From Octopus vulgaris (lineage: Eukaryota): 64,000 nucleotides of DNA. Numbering within the stretch: the stretch's first letter is position 1; the number at the start of each line of letters is the position of its first letter. Under the pieces are notes generated by a model, which made no database searches, had not been told where the DNA came from, and saw only the letters and a program-made list of their open reading frames with translations. The position numbers were made by a program, and so were the translations under genes. The stretch lies in the NCBI GenBank assembly GCA_951406725.2, contig OX597814.1, forward strand, positions 35,712,001 through 35,776,000, written 5' to 3'. Below, in pieces: positions 41,226-53,362 of the stretch.

Positions 41226-43423
41226 CACCAAACAAGCAGGAGGAACCAAAAGTAATAAAAATTATCAATCTAACTCACAAGGAACTAACAGCAAACCAAA
41301 TTAACATACTTTCCAAAGGACTCAAGTTTACACCCACCCCACAACACCCCAACTACAACGAAATGAAAGAAGACATCGCAGAATTCTGCAGAAAATTAAG
41401 ACTTACTGAGGAGCTATACGATAAATACAACGAGGACGAATCGTTAGCCAGAAATAGGAGTAACTACACCCCCTCGAAAGGTAAGAACAAAACACTTGAT
41501 GATTTCTGTGACCACATATCTAATTACCCATATCAACATATGCACAAACAAAAACACAAACCAAACTTCAGCAAAAAAGAATGGGCTGAGTTGAACAAAT
41601 TAAAACAAGATAAAACAATAACAATCAAAGAGGCCGATAAAGGGAGTGCTGTTGTCTTAATGGATACGACATTTTACATAACTTTGGTACTTTCTATGCT
41701 GGAAGACGCAACATACTATGAAAAGGCACAAAACTACAGTCAACAAAAAATAATGAGGGAACTAAAATCCATATTAAACCCATACAAAGCAGGGCTCACC
41801 GACAAAGAATATGATTATATGACCAATTTCACAAGTAAAACTAGCCAATTCTACGGTATACCCAAGATCCACAAAAGTGAAAAAGTAAGCAACGCATGCA
41901 AGATAGCTACAGACAAAATAATTAAAGTCCATAATCCTAATGACCTCAAATTGAGACCCATAATAGCAGGTCCCGCATGCGAAACCCACCGCCTCAGTAA
42001 CGTTTTAGACACCCTGTTAAAACCACTCCTCAAACATGTCAAAAGCTATATAAGGGACGACTTAGATATGCTCAATCACCTACCGAATACTATAAACAAA
42101 AACACCATACTGGTATCCTTCGATGTAGTCAACCTCTACTCCAATATCCCCCACAACCTAGGACTAGAGGCAATCCAATTCTGGCTAGAGAATCACGCCA
42201 ACGAACTACCACACCGCATCAAAAAAGAATTTGTGATAGAAGGGGTTAAATTCATCCTGCAAAATAACTTCTTCGCCTTCAATGACAACTTCTACCGACA
42301 AAAATCGGGGACTGCGATGGGTACACGAATGGCCCCCTCCTTTGCCAACCTAGTCATAGGATACCTAGAGATTAGTCTGTATCGTAAGGTTCTAGAAAGA
42401 TATGGCAGCCCTTTCTCCATCTACATAGAAAACAACTGGAAGAGATATCTAGATGACTGTTTCATCCTTTGGCATAAAAATATAGAAAAACTCATAGAAT
42501 TCCAGAAAATTTTAAACGGACTGGACGTAAACATCCAATTCACGATGGAATATAGCCAACAACAACTCCCCTTCCTCGATATCCTCATTAAGAAAGCTAA
42601 TAATATAATAGAAACAGACATATACTATAAGCCTACAGACTCTAAGCAATATCTTCCATTCAATTCATGCCACCCCAGACACACCAGGATGAATATCCCC
42701 TTCAATCTAGCAAAAAGGATATGCACTATAGTCTCTAACGCAAACACCAGAGACACACGACTACAAGAACTAAAAGATACCCTTATCACCAGGAACTATC
42801 CACCTTCACTTATTGACAAGTGCATTCAACGTGCCCTTCAACTTAACATCAAGGAACTGAGACATCCCAAATCAAAGAAAAACTTACAACCAAAAGCCTT
42901 ACCATACATCTCCACACACAACCCTCTCAATAACGAAGCCTTCGACACCATCCTCCACAACATACCCCTCCTAAAAAAAGACCACAGAATGAACACAATC
43001 CTCCAAACACACACGATCATAAAAAGCAAAAGACAGCCTAGATCCATGAAAAGTCTCCTTACACAAGCCCGAATTCACTCTTCAACACAGAAGCCGACAG
43101 TAAAAAAATGTGGAAGACCCAATTGCGGGATATGCGACTATCTAATTGAGGGATCAGAGTTCTCCTTCAAACGGGGACAACGGTTTACAGTGAAAAGCAA
43201 CTTCACATGTGCTTCGGAGAACCTAATATACTCACTAACCTGCTCCGGGTGTCAAGAGCAGTACATAGGCCAAACAAAAAATGGTTTGCGTAAACGAATG
43301 GCCCTGCACAGATCCCAGATAAAAATTCCCCAAAACAGAAAAATAGCTTTTAGCCAACACATAGATACTTGCGCCAACAAAAAAAACACCAAACTTCAGA
43401 ATTTCCCCCCTCTACCAATTTAG
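41192..43423 (+). CDS. PLE ORF2: reverse transcriptase + Cys linker + GIY-YIG endonuclease (C-terminus disrupted)
   Basis: IINLT..LSKGLKFTPTP (upstream of the first ATG at 41363), ADKGS, FYGIPKIHK, LRPII, SFDVVNLYSNIP, GTAMG, RYLDD, LPFLD, YYKPTD, CGRPNCGIC, NLIY..C..C..YIGQT; true end (KENLFITKYKPLLN) lies in another frame ending at 43517. Confidence 0.93.
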   Translation, partial: RPNTQTQRHKIAPNKQEEPKVIKIINLTHKELTANQINILSKGLKFTPTPQHPNYNEMKEDIAEFCRKLRLTEELYDKYNEDESLARNRSNYTPSKGKNKTLDDFCDHISNYPYQHMHKQKHKPNFSKKEWAELNKLKQDKTITIKEADKGSAVVLMDTTFYITLVLSMLEDATYYEKAQNYSQQKIMRELKSILNPYKAGLTDKEYDYMTNFTSKTSQFYGIPKIHKSEKVSNACKIATDKIIKVHNPNDLKLRPIIAGPACETHRLSNVLDTLLKPLLKHVKSYIRDDLDMLNHLPNTINKNTILVSFDVVNLYSNIPHNLGLEAIQFWLENHANELPHRIKKEFVIEGVKFILQNNFFAFNDNFYRQKSGTAMGTRMAPSFANLVIGYLEISLYRKVLERYGSPFSIYIENNWKRYLDDCFILWHKNIEKLIEFQKILNGLDVNIQFTMEYSQQQLPFLDILIKKANNIIETDIYYKPTDSKQYLPFNSCHPRHTRMNIPFNLAKRICTIVSNANTRDTRLQELKDTLITRNYPPSLIDKCIQRALQLNIKELRHPKSKKNLQPKALPYISTHNPLNNEAFDTILHNIPLLKKDHRMNTILQTHTIIKSKRQPRSMKSLLTQARIHSSTQKPTVKKCGRPNCGICDYLIEGSEFSFKRGQRFTVKSNFTCASENLIYSLTCSGCQEQYIGQTKNGLRKRMALHRSQIKIPQNRKIAFSQHIDTCANKKNTKLQNFPPLPI

Positions 43424-44159
43424 GGACGATACAACCTCGAGATAACGAATAAGTAAAGAAAATCTCTTTATTACAAAATACAAGCCACTTCTTAACGGGT
43501 CTACGACAAACAATTAATATACCTCAACTTTAGAATAAAAGAAATATATACACACACAAATATTACACTCCATAGAATCCATTACTAATCAGCCCCATCA
43601 CAGCTATACTTACACCCAATCATATTCTCCCTTCTCTGTTTTTTTCTTCTTCTTCTTCTTCCTCTTCTTCATCATCATCATTATCATCATCATCGTCGTC
43701 ATCATCATCACCACCATCATCACCACCATCTTCTCCTTCTCCTTCTTCTTCTTCTTCTTCTTCTTCTTCTTCATCATCATCATCATCATCAACATCGTCA
43801 TCTTCTTCTTCTTCTACTTCTCCACCTTCCACCCCTTAACCTTGTCACTAATGTCTTTCAGTATAACGCCTACGCAAATTCCATAAACAATTCCTGAATT
43901 GAACTGCGACTACTGTCAGCCACTGAACATTCAAAATACGACCATTAAGGCATTCCCAGATTTCCCCACCCCCTCTCCACATCAGCCTCATTATTCTTCA
44001 CCTATCCTACCAAGAACTCAAAACGACCTCGAACACACAAGTACAAACAAGGGAGTCAGAGAAAGGCAGAATGCTACTTATATCTGAACACTACTACAGA
44101 AATATTCTTTTAAAAAAACTTTTCTTCTAATTTTTCTAAATTTAATTATTTAATCGTTA

Positions 44160-44197
44160 CAGTTGAAAAGGTCTCAAAATGACCGAAACCGGTACTG
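44160..44197 (+). ncRNA. Minimal type I hammerhead (U3-A8 variant) in the PLE 3' pLTR
   Basis: cag-TTGAAAA-ggtc-tcaaaat-gacc-GAAA-ccgg-TA-ctg. Confidence 0.75.
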
Positions 44198-44325
44198 AAA
44201 GATTCACTATAAAATCATCTTAGCATTTTCTATTTTTGACTTGTTTTTTCATATATATATATATATATGCATATATGTATGTAACTGGAGAAAGTATATA
44301 GTATTTTGCATTGGAAATCACTTCT

Positions 44326-44411
44326 CATCCCTAGCCAGTGATTGTCACACACTGATGATGGGTAACTACCCAGAAACTCGGGTCCACGTGTGTCACATCT
44401 GGCTAGAGATG
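44326..44411 (+). ncRNA. Hammerhead motif enclosed in an extended stem
   Basis: CTGATGA-tggg..ccca-GAAA-ctcggg-TC; outer pairing catc.ctagccag/ctggctag.gatg; proximal stem I imperfect. Confidence 0.55.
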
Positions 44412-44616
44412 CGAATGATGATTTACTGATCGGGCACAGAGAATGTGTTGTTAGCCAGCTGGAGGAGATGTCTTCCTGAGGCTATAAACTACAGTAGCCT
44501 TGTCCCATATGGGTCAGCCACATTTAGGTGGCAAATATACTTCACGACGTCGTGTGGCCACTGTTTACATCTTGCTCAAAGATTTATTAGTGCTATATAT
44601 ATAGTGTGCAAATTGC

Positions 44617-45403
44617 CTTGTTACATGGTAGTGAAACATGAGCTGTGAGTGCTGAGGACATGAAAGAAATGAAGCTAGTAGGCTCTGCTGGATGTGTAAT
44701 GTCAGTGTGCATATATGACAGAGTGTAAGTGCATAAGAAGCATCAGATGTGGTGTGCAAGAGAGACGACTGTGCTTGTATGGTCATGTGTTGCATATGGA
44801 TGAGATGTATGAAGAAGTGCCACATCCTAACAGTTGAGGGAACCTGTGGAAGAGGTAGACCCAGGAAGACATAGGATGAGGTGGTGAAGCATGACCGTTG
44901 AACGTTGGGCCTCACAGATGCAATGACAAGGGACCAAGTCATTTAAAAATATACTGTGCTTGAGAAGACCCAGCAAGCCAAGTGAGATTGTTGCTGTGGC
45001 TGTTGCCAGTGTCCTATAACCAAGCCATTTGAAAGTACCCTTCAATATGTGCAATATGTTGTTCTTGAGAAAACCTGTTGATTCAAGTGAAATCGAAGTT
45101 GGGGCCAATGCTAGTACAACCTGACTGGCATCTGTGCTGGTGACACATAAAAGGCAGCATTCGAGCATGGTCAATGCCAGTGCTGCCTGACTGGCTCCCC
45201 TACTGGTGGCATGTAAAAAGCACCATTCGAATATGGTCGATGTCAGTGCTGCCTGATTTCCCCCCATGCCGGTGGCATGTAAAAAGCACCCACTACACTA
45301 TTGGGGTGGTTTGCATTAGGAAGGGCATCCAGCAGTAGAAACCTTGCCAGATAGATTGGAGACTGATGCAGCATGGAAAGTGGACATTAAACGATGATGA
45401 TAA
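44617..45403 (+). mobile_element. RTE-clade LINE 3' fragment, degenerate
   Basis: LHGSET-like start, EGTCGRGRPRKT, multiple stops; same UTR and (GAT)n tail as 21011-22011. Confidence 0.85.
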
Positions 45404-47792
45404 TAGAGAGAGAGAGAGAGAATGGGATACATATACATATATACATGTACTTGTGAAAATAATCATACATACTTATAAATTATTTATGCATAAATATATG
45501 AATATATCATCTCTACATCCTTGATTTGCACAAATGAATGATGAGGAACTTCCTAACAGACTACTTTATGATAAGTTAATTCAATATTAAACAAGACTGG
45601 CCCTGATCTTACTTTCCCAATTGTTAGGATAGAGAATTTGCTGATATAATAGTTCATAAGGGACTTACCACAATACTGGAAAGCTAAATTAGTATACAGT
45701 GCTTTAGACAACTAGTATTAATTGTACAATATATATAATTGTGAAAAACAGCGCGATTCAGATTTACTAAATTAAATCAAACATATTAAAAAGCTTTTGC
45801 TGTGAACCTAACCATATATAATTATATGATTATGATTACAGTTATATAAATTAATTAAGTATAATAATGTAAATACCTGCCAGTTAATTGGCATTAACCA
45901 CAAATTAGGAGACATGGTGAAGAACTGCATTTTAGAAAATGGTGTCTTGTATGCAAGGTCATCAATCACAAGTTTACACTTAACTCACAAACAGCAAATC
46001 ACTGTTTGAAAGGCCACATGTCAAAACCATAAAAGCTAACTCCCAGGATATCTACAGTCATTTTGGGAAGGGCTCTGGAATGCAAGTAACACAACCATGA
46101 TGTACTTTGGTTAGATGAGATATGCTGCTATTACAGCGAAAACATCTCTCCAAAAACTTAGAATATCAACAATGAGATGATCCAGACAAATGTCACAAAA
46201 TTATTGAATGGAAAATCATCAAGAAGAGACCTGGTAATTGGATATTGGTTTAGAAAGCTTGTATTCTACAGAGTAGCCCCTGTTAACCTGTTCAGAAAGC
46301 AAGGAACACTAAGATTGATAAGCCAGACTGGTTGGCAATTGCACATACAACAACCACTAGTAACTAAAATATACTTATGACTAAAAACTACAGGTCCACA
46401 GTGTCACTGAATGTAATATATGAATTATATACTAGTATTTTGAATGTATTCCTCTAGGATCACAGTGAAATACATTGCAGTACTTACCAAGTACCAACCA
46501 CCTCAATTTGTGTGTGTGAAAGAGAGAGAGAGAGAGAGAGAGTGGGGTGCATGTGCCTGTGCTCATGTGTGTACATCTCAAAATACACACACACACACAC
46601 ACACTCACAAACATATACCAATAAATATATATATTTATATACGTTTCTATTTTCCAGTGCATATTTTAAATTCCATTTGGGAAATGATTAAAATAAGTAA
46701 ACCAAAATAAGACAAATAAATAAATATATCATATTAGAATTATTATATTATCTCTATATAAATGTTTACAATGTGAAATAACTTGAACAATTCCAAATTA
46801 TTTATTCTGAAAGGTTTTGTCTTGTCATATTTTTCTAAATATATGTGTGTCTATTATTTAAAATAATTAGCTTCCTTATCTTGTTCATTGAAACATTTTT
46901 GCTTTTTTCTCTTTCATTCTCACAATGGCAATTTTTTCTCTCTCTCCCTTTCTCTTGAGCACTCTCACTTCTCCCATATACAGAGACATTCATTCTCCCT
47001 GGGCAATCCTCTACCATTCCATCTGAGAATATGCCTAGGTACCATCTCTCTCATTCTTCCTTACTCTCTCTCTCTCTCTCTCTTACTCACACCTTCGCTC
47101 TCTCTCTCTCTTTCCGATTGCAGTAACTATGCATCTCTTCTCCAGCAAGACACCTGTTTCTGTCCCTCTGTCATATTCTAACTTCTAATTACCTATTTCT
47201 TTACTACCCACAAGGTGCTACACACAGAGAGGACAAACAAGGACAGACAAACAAATTAAGTCGATTATATCTACCCCAGTGTGTAACTGGTACTTATTTA
47301 ATCGACCCCAAAAGGACCTCGGCGGAATTTGAACTCAGAACGTAGTGGCTGATGAAATACCGCTAAGTATTTTGCCCGGCACGCTGTTTCTGCCAGCTCG
47401 CCACCTTCTAATTACCTGGCATTCTCCCACCTCCCTCACCACCACTATCCCTAACAGCTGAGGAACTTTTGTCTTGCAAGATACTTGGTCACTTCATTGG
47501 TGCTCGTGCTGTGTAAAAAGCAACCAGTGCATTTTATAAAGTGCTTGGCATTAGGAAGAGCATCCAGCTGTAAAACCATGCCTAAGCAGAACTCGCTGGT
47601 TGTGTTGTAATGCAAAAAGCACCCAGAACAATGTGTAAGGTGGCTGGTATTAGGAAGAGCATCTGGCTGTAAAAACCATATCAAAGCAAAGTGCTTGGCA
47701 CAGTCTTTTGGCTTAGTACCTTTTGTCAAACTGTCTAACACATGCCAGCATCGAAGACAGATGTTAAATGATGTTGATGATGATGATATATA

Positions 47793-48177
47793 TGGAAGCA
47801 CTCCGTCGGTTACGACGACGAGGGTTCCGGTTGATCCGAATCAACGGAACAGCCTGCTCGCGAAATTAACGTGTAAGTGGCTGAGCACTCCACAGACACG
47901 TGTGCCCTTAACATAGTTCTCGGGGATATTCAGCGTAACACAGAGAGTGACAAGGCCGGCCCTTTGAAATACAGATACAACAGAAACAGGAAGTAAGAGT
48001 GAGAGAAAGTTGTGGTGAAAGAGTACAGTAGGGATCACCACCATCCCCTGCCGGAGCCTCGTGGAGCTTTAGGTGTTTTCGCTCAATAAACACTCACAAC
48101 GCCCAGTCTGGGAATCGAAACCGCGATCCTATGACCGCGAGTCCGCTGCCCTAACCACTGGGCCATTGCACCTCCAC
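47793..48177 (-). mobile_element. tRNA-derived SINE (body 2 + tail A), young CpG-rich copy
   Basis: Minus tggcccagtgg (A box), gtttcgattccc (B box); tail shared with 1938-2262, body shared with 5087-5378. Confidence 0.85.
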
Positions 48178-49449
48178 GATGATATATATATGTACATACA
48201 TACAGAAATATATCTTGATTTTTCAAAAGTTTCATCAGGCACACATTATAGTGGCATGAAACTTCAGTTGTGAAACAAATTCTCAGCTTTAGGTTCAAAA
48301 AATCACTACACACACACACATACTTTTAACACATGTTTTCTTATTCTACACTTGGAGGCCATCCAGCACATCACAGATTTTACTACAACACCAAGTACTC
48401 TGTTTCTCTCATCCTTTTCTTTTTTTTATCAATCACACACTGCTCAGCTACCTGAAATTGCTCTTTCATCTGTCATGTTCCACAAAATGAACAGAGAAAT
48501 ATAGAGTGGTATCATCTTTCTTCTTGTAAAATGCAAGGCAACATCATTGGTCCTGGTGTCATGATAAAATTCATCCAGTACATACTTTAAAGTGGCTGGG
48601 AAATTAGTAAACACATTGTGGGGCTAAGAGAACCCTTTTGTCATATTTTGTTGAGGAAATAACAAATTATCTAGAATTTGTGCTATAATAAAAGGCACCT
48701 GGTATATTCGGCCTTGGTTTGTTTTAGGAAGGGCACCCAGCTGTAACGACCCATACCAAAAGGAAATGAATGAATGAGGCAGGGGCATGTGGCCACACAT
48801 AAAAGAACAGTAACTACGACAAAGAATTCACTGAAACCATGCCATATGTAAAGCAGATGTAAAATGATTGATGATAATACATAATACAAATATATATTAA
48901 TATTCTACTCTTCCCATCCTCCTGGATGGGATGAACAGAATATGGATGCAGATGAAGCATCCCAAACAATGGGGCTTTAGACTGAATAGTTTTGGAGATA
49001 TTAGAAGTGAATTCCATAGAGAAGGAGTTGATATGATAAGAAAAGTGGCCTTTCTTTTGGTTCGACCAAACTGTAGTATGTTCTCTAAGATCAGTTCAAA
49101 ATCCTTGCAAAGATAGGAAGAACTAGTGGCTTTGTTGGTTTGTAGTGGCCAAATATATCGTCACACTTTGTGTGTGTGAAGACCTGGCAGAGTTGAGAGG
49201 TGATCGAATTAGTGGAGATTAGCAAAGTGGGTGCTGCATAGCGTTGGTTTGTAAAGCATGCATAAAAGATGTAGGTTCTCTTTTCAGGGTACTACTTGTA
49301 GAACTATTATTGTTGTGGGGTGGGGGTAAAGAAGCTTCAGGAAAGTTAGTTGAGATCTTTTTGGTGAAGAGTAAAACAGAACAGCTGCAGTCCCAGTAGG
49401 TTAGCTTGAGCATGGTAAATTACAAAAAAGAAAAAGAAGAAATCTTAGA

Positions 49450-49743
49450 CCGTAATCGTTTCCAGCGTTGCCTTAATGACACTTGTGCCGATGGCATGTG
49501 TAAAAACATTTGAGCGAGGTTGTTGCCAGTACCACCAGACTGGCCCCCATGCCGGTGGCACGTAAAAGTACCCACTACACTCTTGGAGTGGTTGGCATTA
49601 GGAAGGGCATCCAGCTGTAGAAACACTACTAGATCAAGATTGGAGCATGGTGCAGCCATCTGGTTCACCAGTCCTCAGTTAAATCGTCCAACACATGCTA
49701 GCAGGGAAAACGGACATTAAACGATGATGATGATGATGATGAT
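49450..49743 (+). mobile_element. RTE 3' end fragment with (GAT)n tail
   Basis: ggcattaggaagggcatccagctgtag...cattaaacgatgatg. Confidence 0.8.
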
Positions 49744-50590
49744 TAGTAAATCAGAAATAAGTCATTACAAAATTCAAAACTGTTGTAAAATGCAGGCAGA
49801 AATAAATACTTATTTATAGAGTTTAAATTGGAACATCAAATTTGCCCCCTTGATGACAGAAAGAATTGGTTCAGAAACAGCAGTGCACACCATCTGTTTG
49901 ATGGTAGAGTCTCCAAATAAAAATTTTGAAGTAGTTATAAAGCAGCTGTGATTCGAAATTTAAAGCAGATTTTTCTTGATATGGAATGAAATACGTTCCC
50001 TTCAAATACAATGGACTTTTGACTGAATTATAGTGAAAGCAAATTACTGTAAGAATTCACATTTTCTAAAATGATCCAGAATATCTTGAAGGTAGCAGAA
50101 CCAGATTCCTTCAAAAGCAAGCCTATCTTGACAAGCACAGCATTGACCTAGCTTTCAAATATTTGAATTAACATACTTTTGCAAGTAGAACTGTCTTTCA
50201 AAATAATTTTCTGTTACTGCAGCTTAGGTTTAGTACACCGGGCGGCCATATACTTGTGCTTTTATTCTTTAAGATATCTCATTGGCCAAATGATTTCTAT
50301 TAAGTGAGCAATTATTGGCATCAGCTCAGTTACAGCTTGAACATTTCTCATTCCTATTCACCTCTAAGATATCTTTTTCCATTGAGCTATTTAACTGATG
50401 AAGTGAAGTTTTTGCAAGAAGAATGTCAAAAGCAGAGATATATGTGTGTCTGTGTATGTGTTTGCATGTGTGTATACACATAAAAACACATACACAGACA
50501 CACAGAGAGACACACACACACATATTATTTAATATTAAGAATATAATAATAATGATGATGATGATGATGATGATGATAATGATGATAATG

Positions 50591-50622
<32 letters not shown>

Positions 50623-50641
50623 TATTAATGATAATATTAAT

Positions 50642-50674
<33 letters not shown>

Positions 50675-50675
<1 letters not shown>

Positions 50676-50781
50676 TACAGACTGTCTTCAAGAATCTTAT
50701 ATTCGATTTTCACACTCGTCAAACTTTTGACAGTCAGTGGAGTACAAAATTTGAATAGATGATTGTAGAGAACTGTCTATA
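50675..50781. mobile_element. ~110-bp Tc1/mariner-like MITE copy (paralogue at 52450-52556), directly after (AAT)n
   Basis: tacagactgtcttcaagaatctta.attcgattttcacactc...gtggagtac.aaatttgaatagatga. Confidence 0.55.
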
Positions 50782-51077
50782 CACACACACACATACACAC
50801 ACAGATATTTAGTATCTCTACAAGGTGGCCAAGTTGGCAGAATTATTAGAGCATTGGATAGAATGTCTCTTTCTAGTCTGAGTCCAAATCCCACTACAGT
50901 TAACTATGTTTTTTTTTATCTTCTCAGGGTTTATTGAATAAATTAACAGTTCAATACTAGAGTTTGTTCTTCTCTCTCTGTTGCTCACACACTTTCTTCC
51001 CTCTCTCTCTCTCTCTCTCTCTGTATATCTTTATTTTTTACTTGTACCTGAAAGTAAAATCTCCAAAATTATCCCAT

Positions 51078-51298
51078 TACTCTTTTACTTCTTTCAGTCA
51101 TTTGACTGCGGCCATGCTGGAGCACCACCTTTAGTCGAGCAGATCGACCTCAGGACTTATTCTCTGGAAGCCTAGTACTTATTCTATCAGTCTCTTTTGC
51201 CGAAACGCCAAGTTACGGAGACGTAAACACACCAGCATCGGTTGTCAAGCGATGTAGTAGGGACAAACATAGACACACAAACATATACCCACACATAC

Positions 51299-51363
<65 letters not shown>

Positions 51364-51529
51364 TACGACACGCTTCTTTCAGTTTCTGTCTACCAAATCC
51401 ACTCACAAGGCTTTCTTCGGCCGGAGGCTATAGTAGAAGACACTTGCCCAAGGTGCCATGCAGAGGGAATGAACCCGGAACCGTGTGGTAGTTAAGCAAG
51501 TTACTTACCACACAGCCACTCCTGTGCCT
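51078..51529 (-). mobile_element. tRNA-derived SINE, family A
   Basis: High similarity to 10644-11048. Confidence 0.9.
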
Positions 51530-52394
51530 ATTGTCACACTATTTTGGCTTGAGAATTGCCTTAAAAGTACACATATCTATGAAATACTCAGCCATTTCTC
51601 CATTAATTTTTTTTCCATGAGTAGTAACTCACTTAATCAGACAAGTGAATGTTCATCTCTGTAACTGACGAAGTCTCTGTCTTCATCTGTATTGCTAACT
51701 TTGTGTAAATCACATTTTCACCAATTCTAATGACTTACAGACATTGAATGCAAGTTTGTGGCAATCTCTAGTGTGTTTGAAAGTTGTTCAGTTAGAAGAA
51801 CACAGAGAAATATATTATTCTGAATGTTAGATTTATTCAGTCGTTTTTATAATTGTCTGAATGATTCATCTGCATGCTGTACAAGTATTGTTTGCCTATC
51901 TTTGCTGATGTTTTGTTGTCTTGTGTGTAAAGTATGTGGCATCTTTGCCTTTGTTCAGCTCCAAAGAAAAGATGAAATGCGTAGTGTATGTGTGTAACAT
52001 AATACCAAAATCTTTATGTGAGAAATAAAAATAAAGAAGGAAAATTCACTGAAAAGAAGATGAGCAAATATTGTAGACGAGACAAAGAATAACAATAGAC
52101 TAAAAAAAAAATTAAAGAAAAATATCCCCCAAACAAGATGTTTTTTTTATTGATGATGAAAAATCTACGTCTATTATGTTTTTGCATCATTTATATTTTA
52201 CTTCTGTTGACACCACGAAGTGTGTGAAATGGTGTTTATGATTTATAAATATATATTTTTTATTATTTTTTTATATAATTTTACATTCATATAAAATTAT
52301 GTAATGTTATAATTCATTTTTTTATATTTTATTTTGTAATATCATTATATAATATTAAGTATATAATAGCAACAACAACAATAACAATAATAAC

Positions 52395-52449
<55 letters not shown>

Positions 52450-52556
52450 TACAGAGTGTCTTCAAGATTCTTACATTCGATTTTCACACTCCTCGAACTT
52501 TTGAAAGTCAGTGGAGTACGAAATTTGAATAGATGAGTGTTGAGGACTGCCTGTAT
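52450..52556. mobile_element. ~110-bp Tc1/mariner-like MITE copy
   Basis: TA|CAGAGTGTCTTCAA ... TTGAGGACTGCCTG|TA imperfect TIRs. Confidence 0.6.
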
Positions 52557-53079
52557 ACACTCACACGTACTTACACTACTATTCCATTGTACAGAGACAC
52601 AGGACAAACAGATAAAAATTGAACATAAATCTTAAGAACAGACTGTATACATTGTACATCTGTGTACTGGTCACTGGTACTGTCCCAAAATGCCAGTTTT
52701 GGCATACAATCTTCAATCAAATGTGCTACCAACAAATAAACAGATCTTAGTATATTTTTTTTTATTTTTTTTATTTTTTCCTCCTAGAAATGCTTTCGTA
52801 TTTTATTTTTGTTTGTTTGTTTTGGTGAATATTGGGTAAAAAGTGATTTTTATGACTGCTTGATAGAAAAAGATAATTGAAATGTGTGGAGGTGATTAGA
52901 TATAAGAATTGAAAGCTTAAGGTAGCATATTTTAGAAGTTAAGATATACACCACCAACACCATCCTCATCACCTCCACCACCACTACCAAAATCCTCCTC
53001 ATCATCATCATTTTACTGACATAAAATGATGGCAATGATTATACATATATGTATATCTATCTATCTATCTATCGATCTC

Positions 53080-53130
<51 letters not shown>

Positions 53131-53278
53131 CAGTTTAAGTAATTAAGATCCAAGTGAATTCTAATGAATTCACATGAATATGGTCCTTAACTAGGATGCA
53201 CTGGAAATCTATATGGTGTTAACCATACAAGTGGGGTGATTACAAATAGGAAAAAAGCAACAAGAATGGATTAAAATC

Positions 53279-53362
53279 TCGGTACAATTGTTTCGTACGA
53301 GGACATCTTTAATAAGCTACAAAAAATGCAGTAAATATAGATGGCTCATACTCGTCAGCCGA
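53279..53362 (-). ncRNA. Type I hammerhead ribozyme (left arm)
   Basis: Minus: tcgg-CTGACGA-gtatgag...ctcgtac-GAAA-caattg-TA-ccga. Confidence 0.82.

Larger units (their letters stand above)
40042..44250 (+). mobile_element. Penelope-like retroelement (Neptune-like), 5'-truncated, flanked by (TA)n on both sides
   Basis: ORF1 + RT/GIY-YIG ORF2 + 3' UTR with HHR; (TA)n at 39960-40041 and 44251-44280. Confidence 0.93.

Noticed and set aside
40100-43047. Antisense ORFs within the PLE
   Set aside because: By-products of sense-strand codon bias; no recognisable motifs
43440-43446. Recoded stop (selenocysteine, as in Naiad PLEs) in the endonuclease tail
   Set aside because: The stop is TAA, not TGA; the endonuclease is C-terminal and no SECIS was recognised
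48215-48275. Minus-strand CTGATGA...GAAA
   Set aside because: No convincing stems; probably chance
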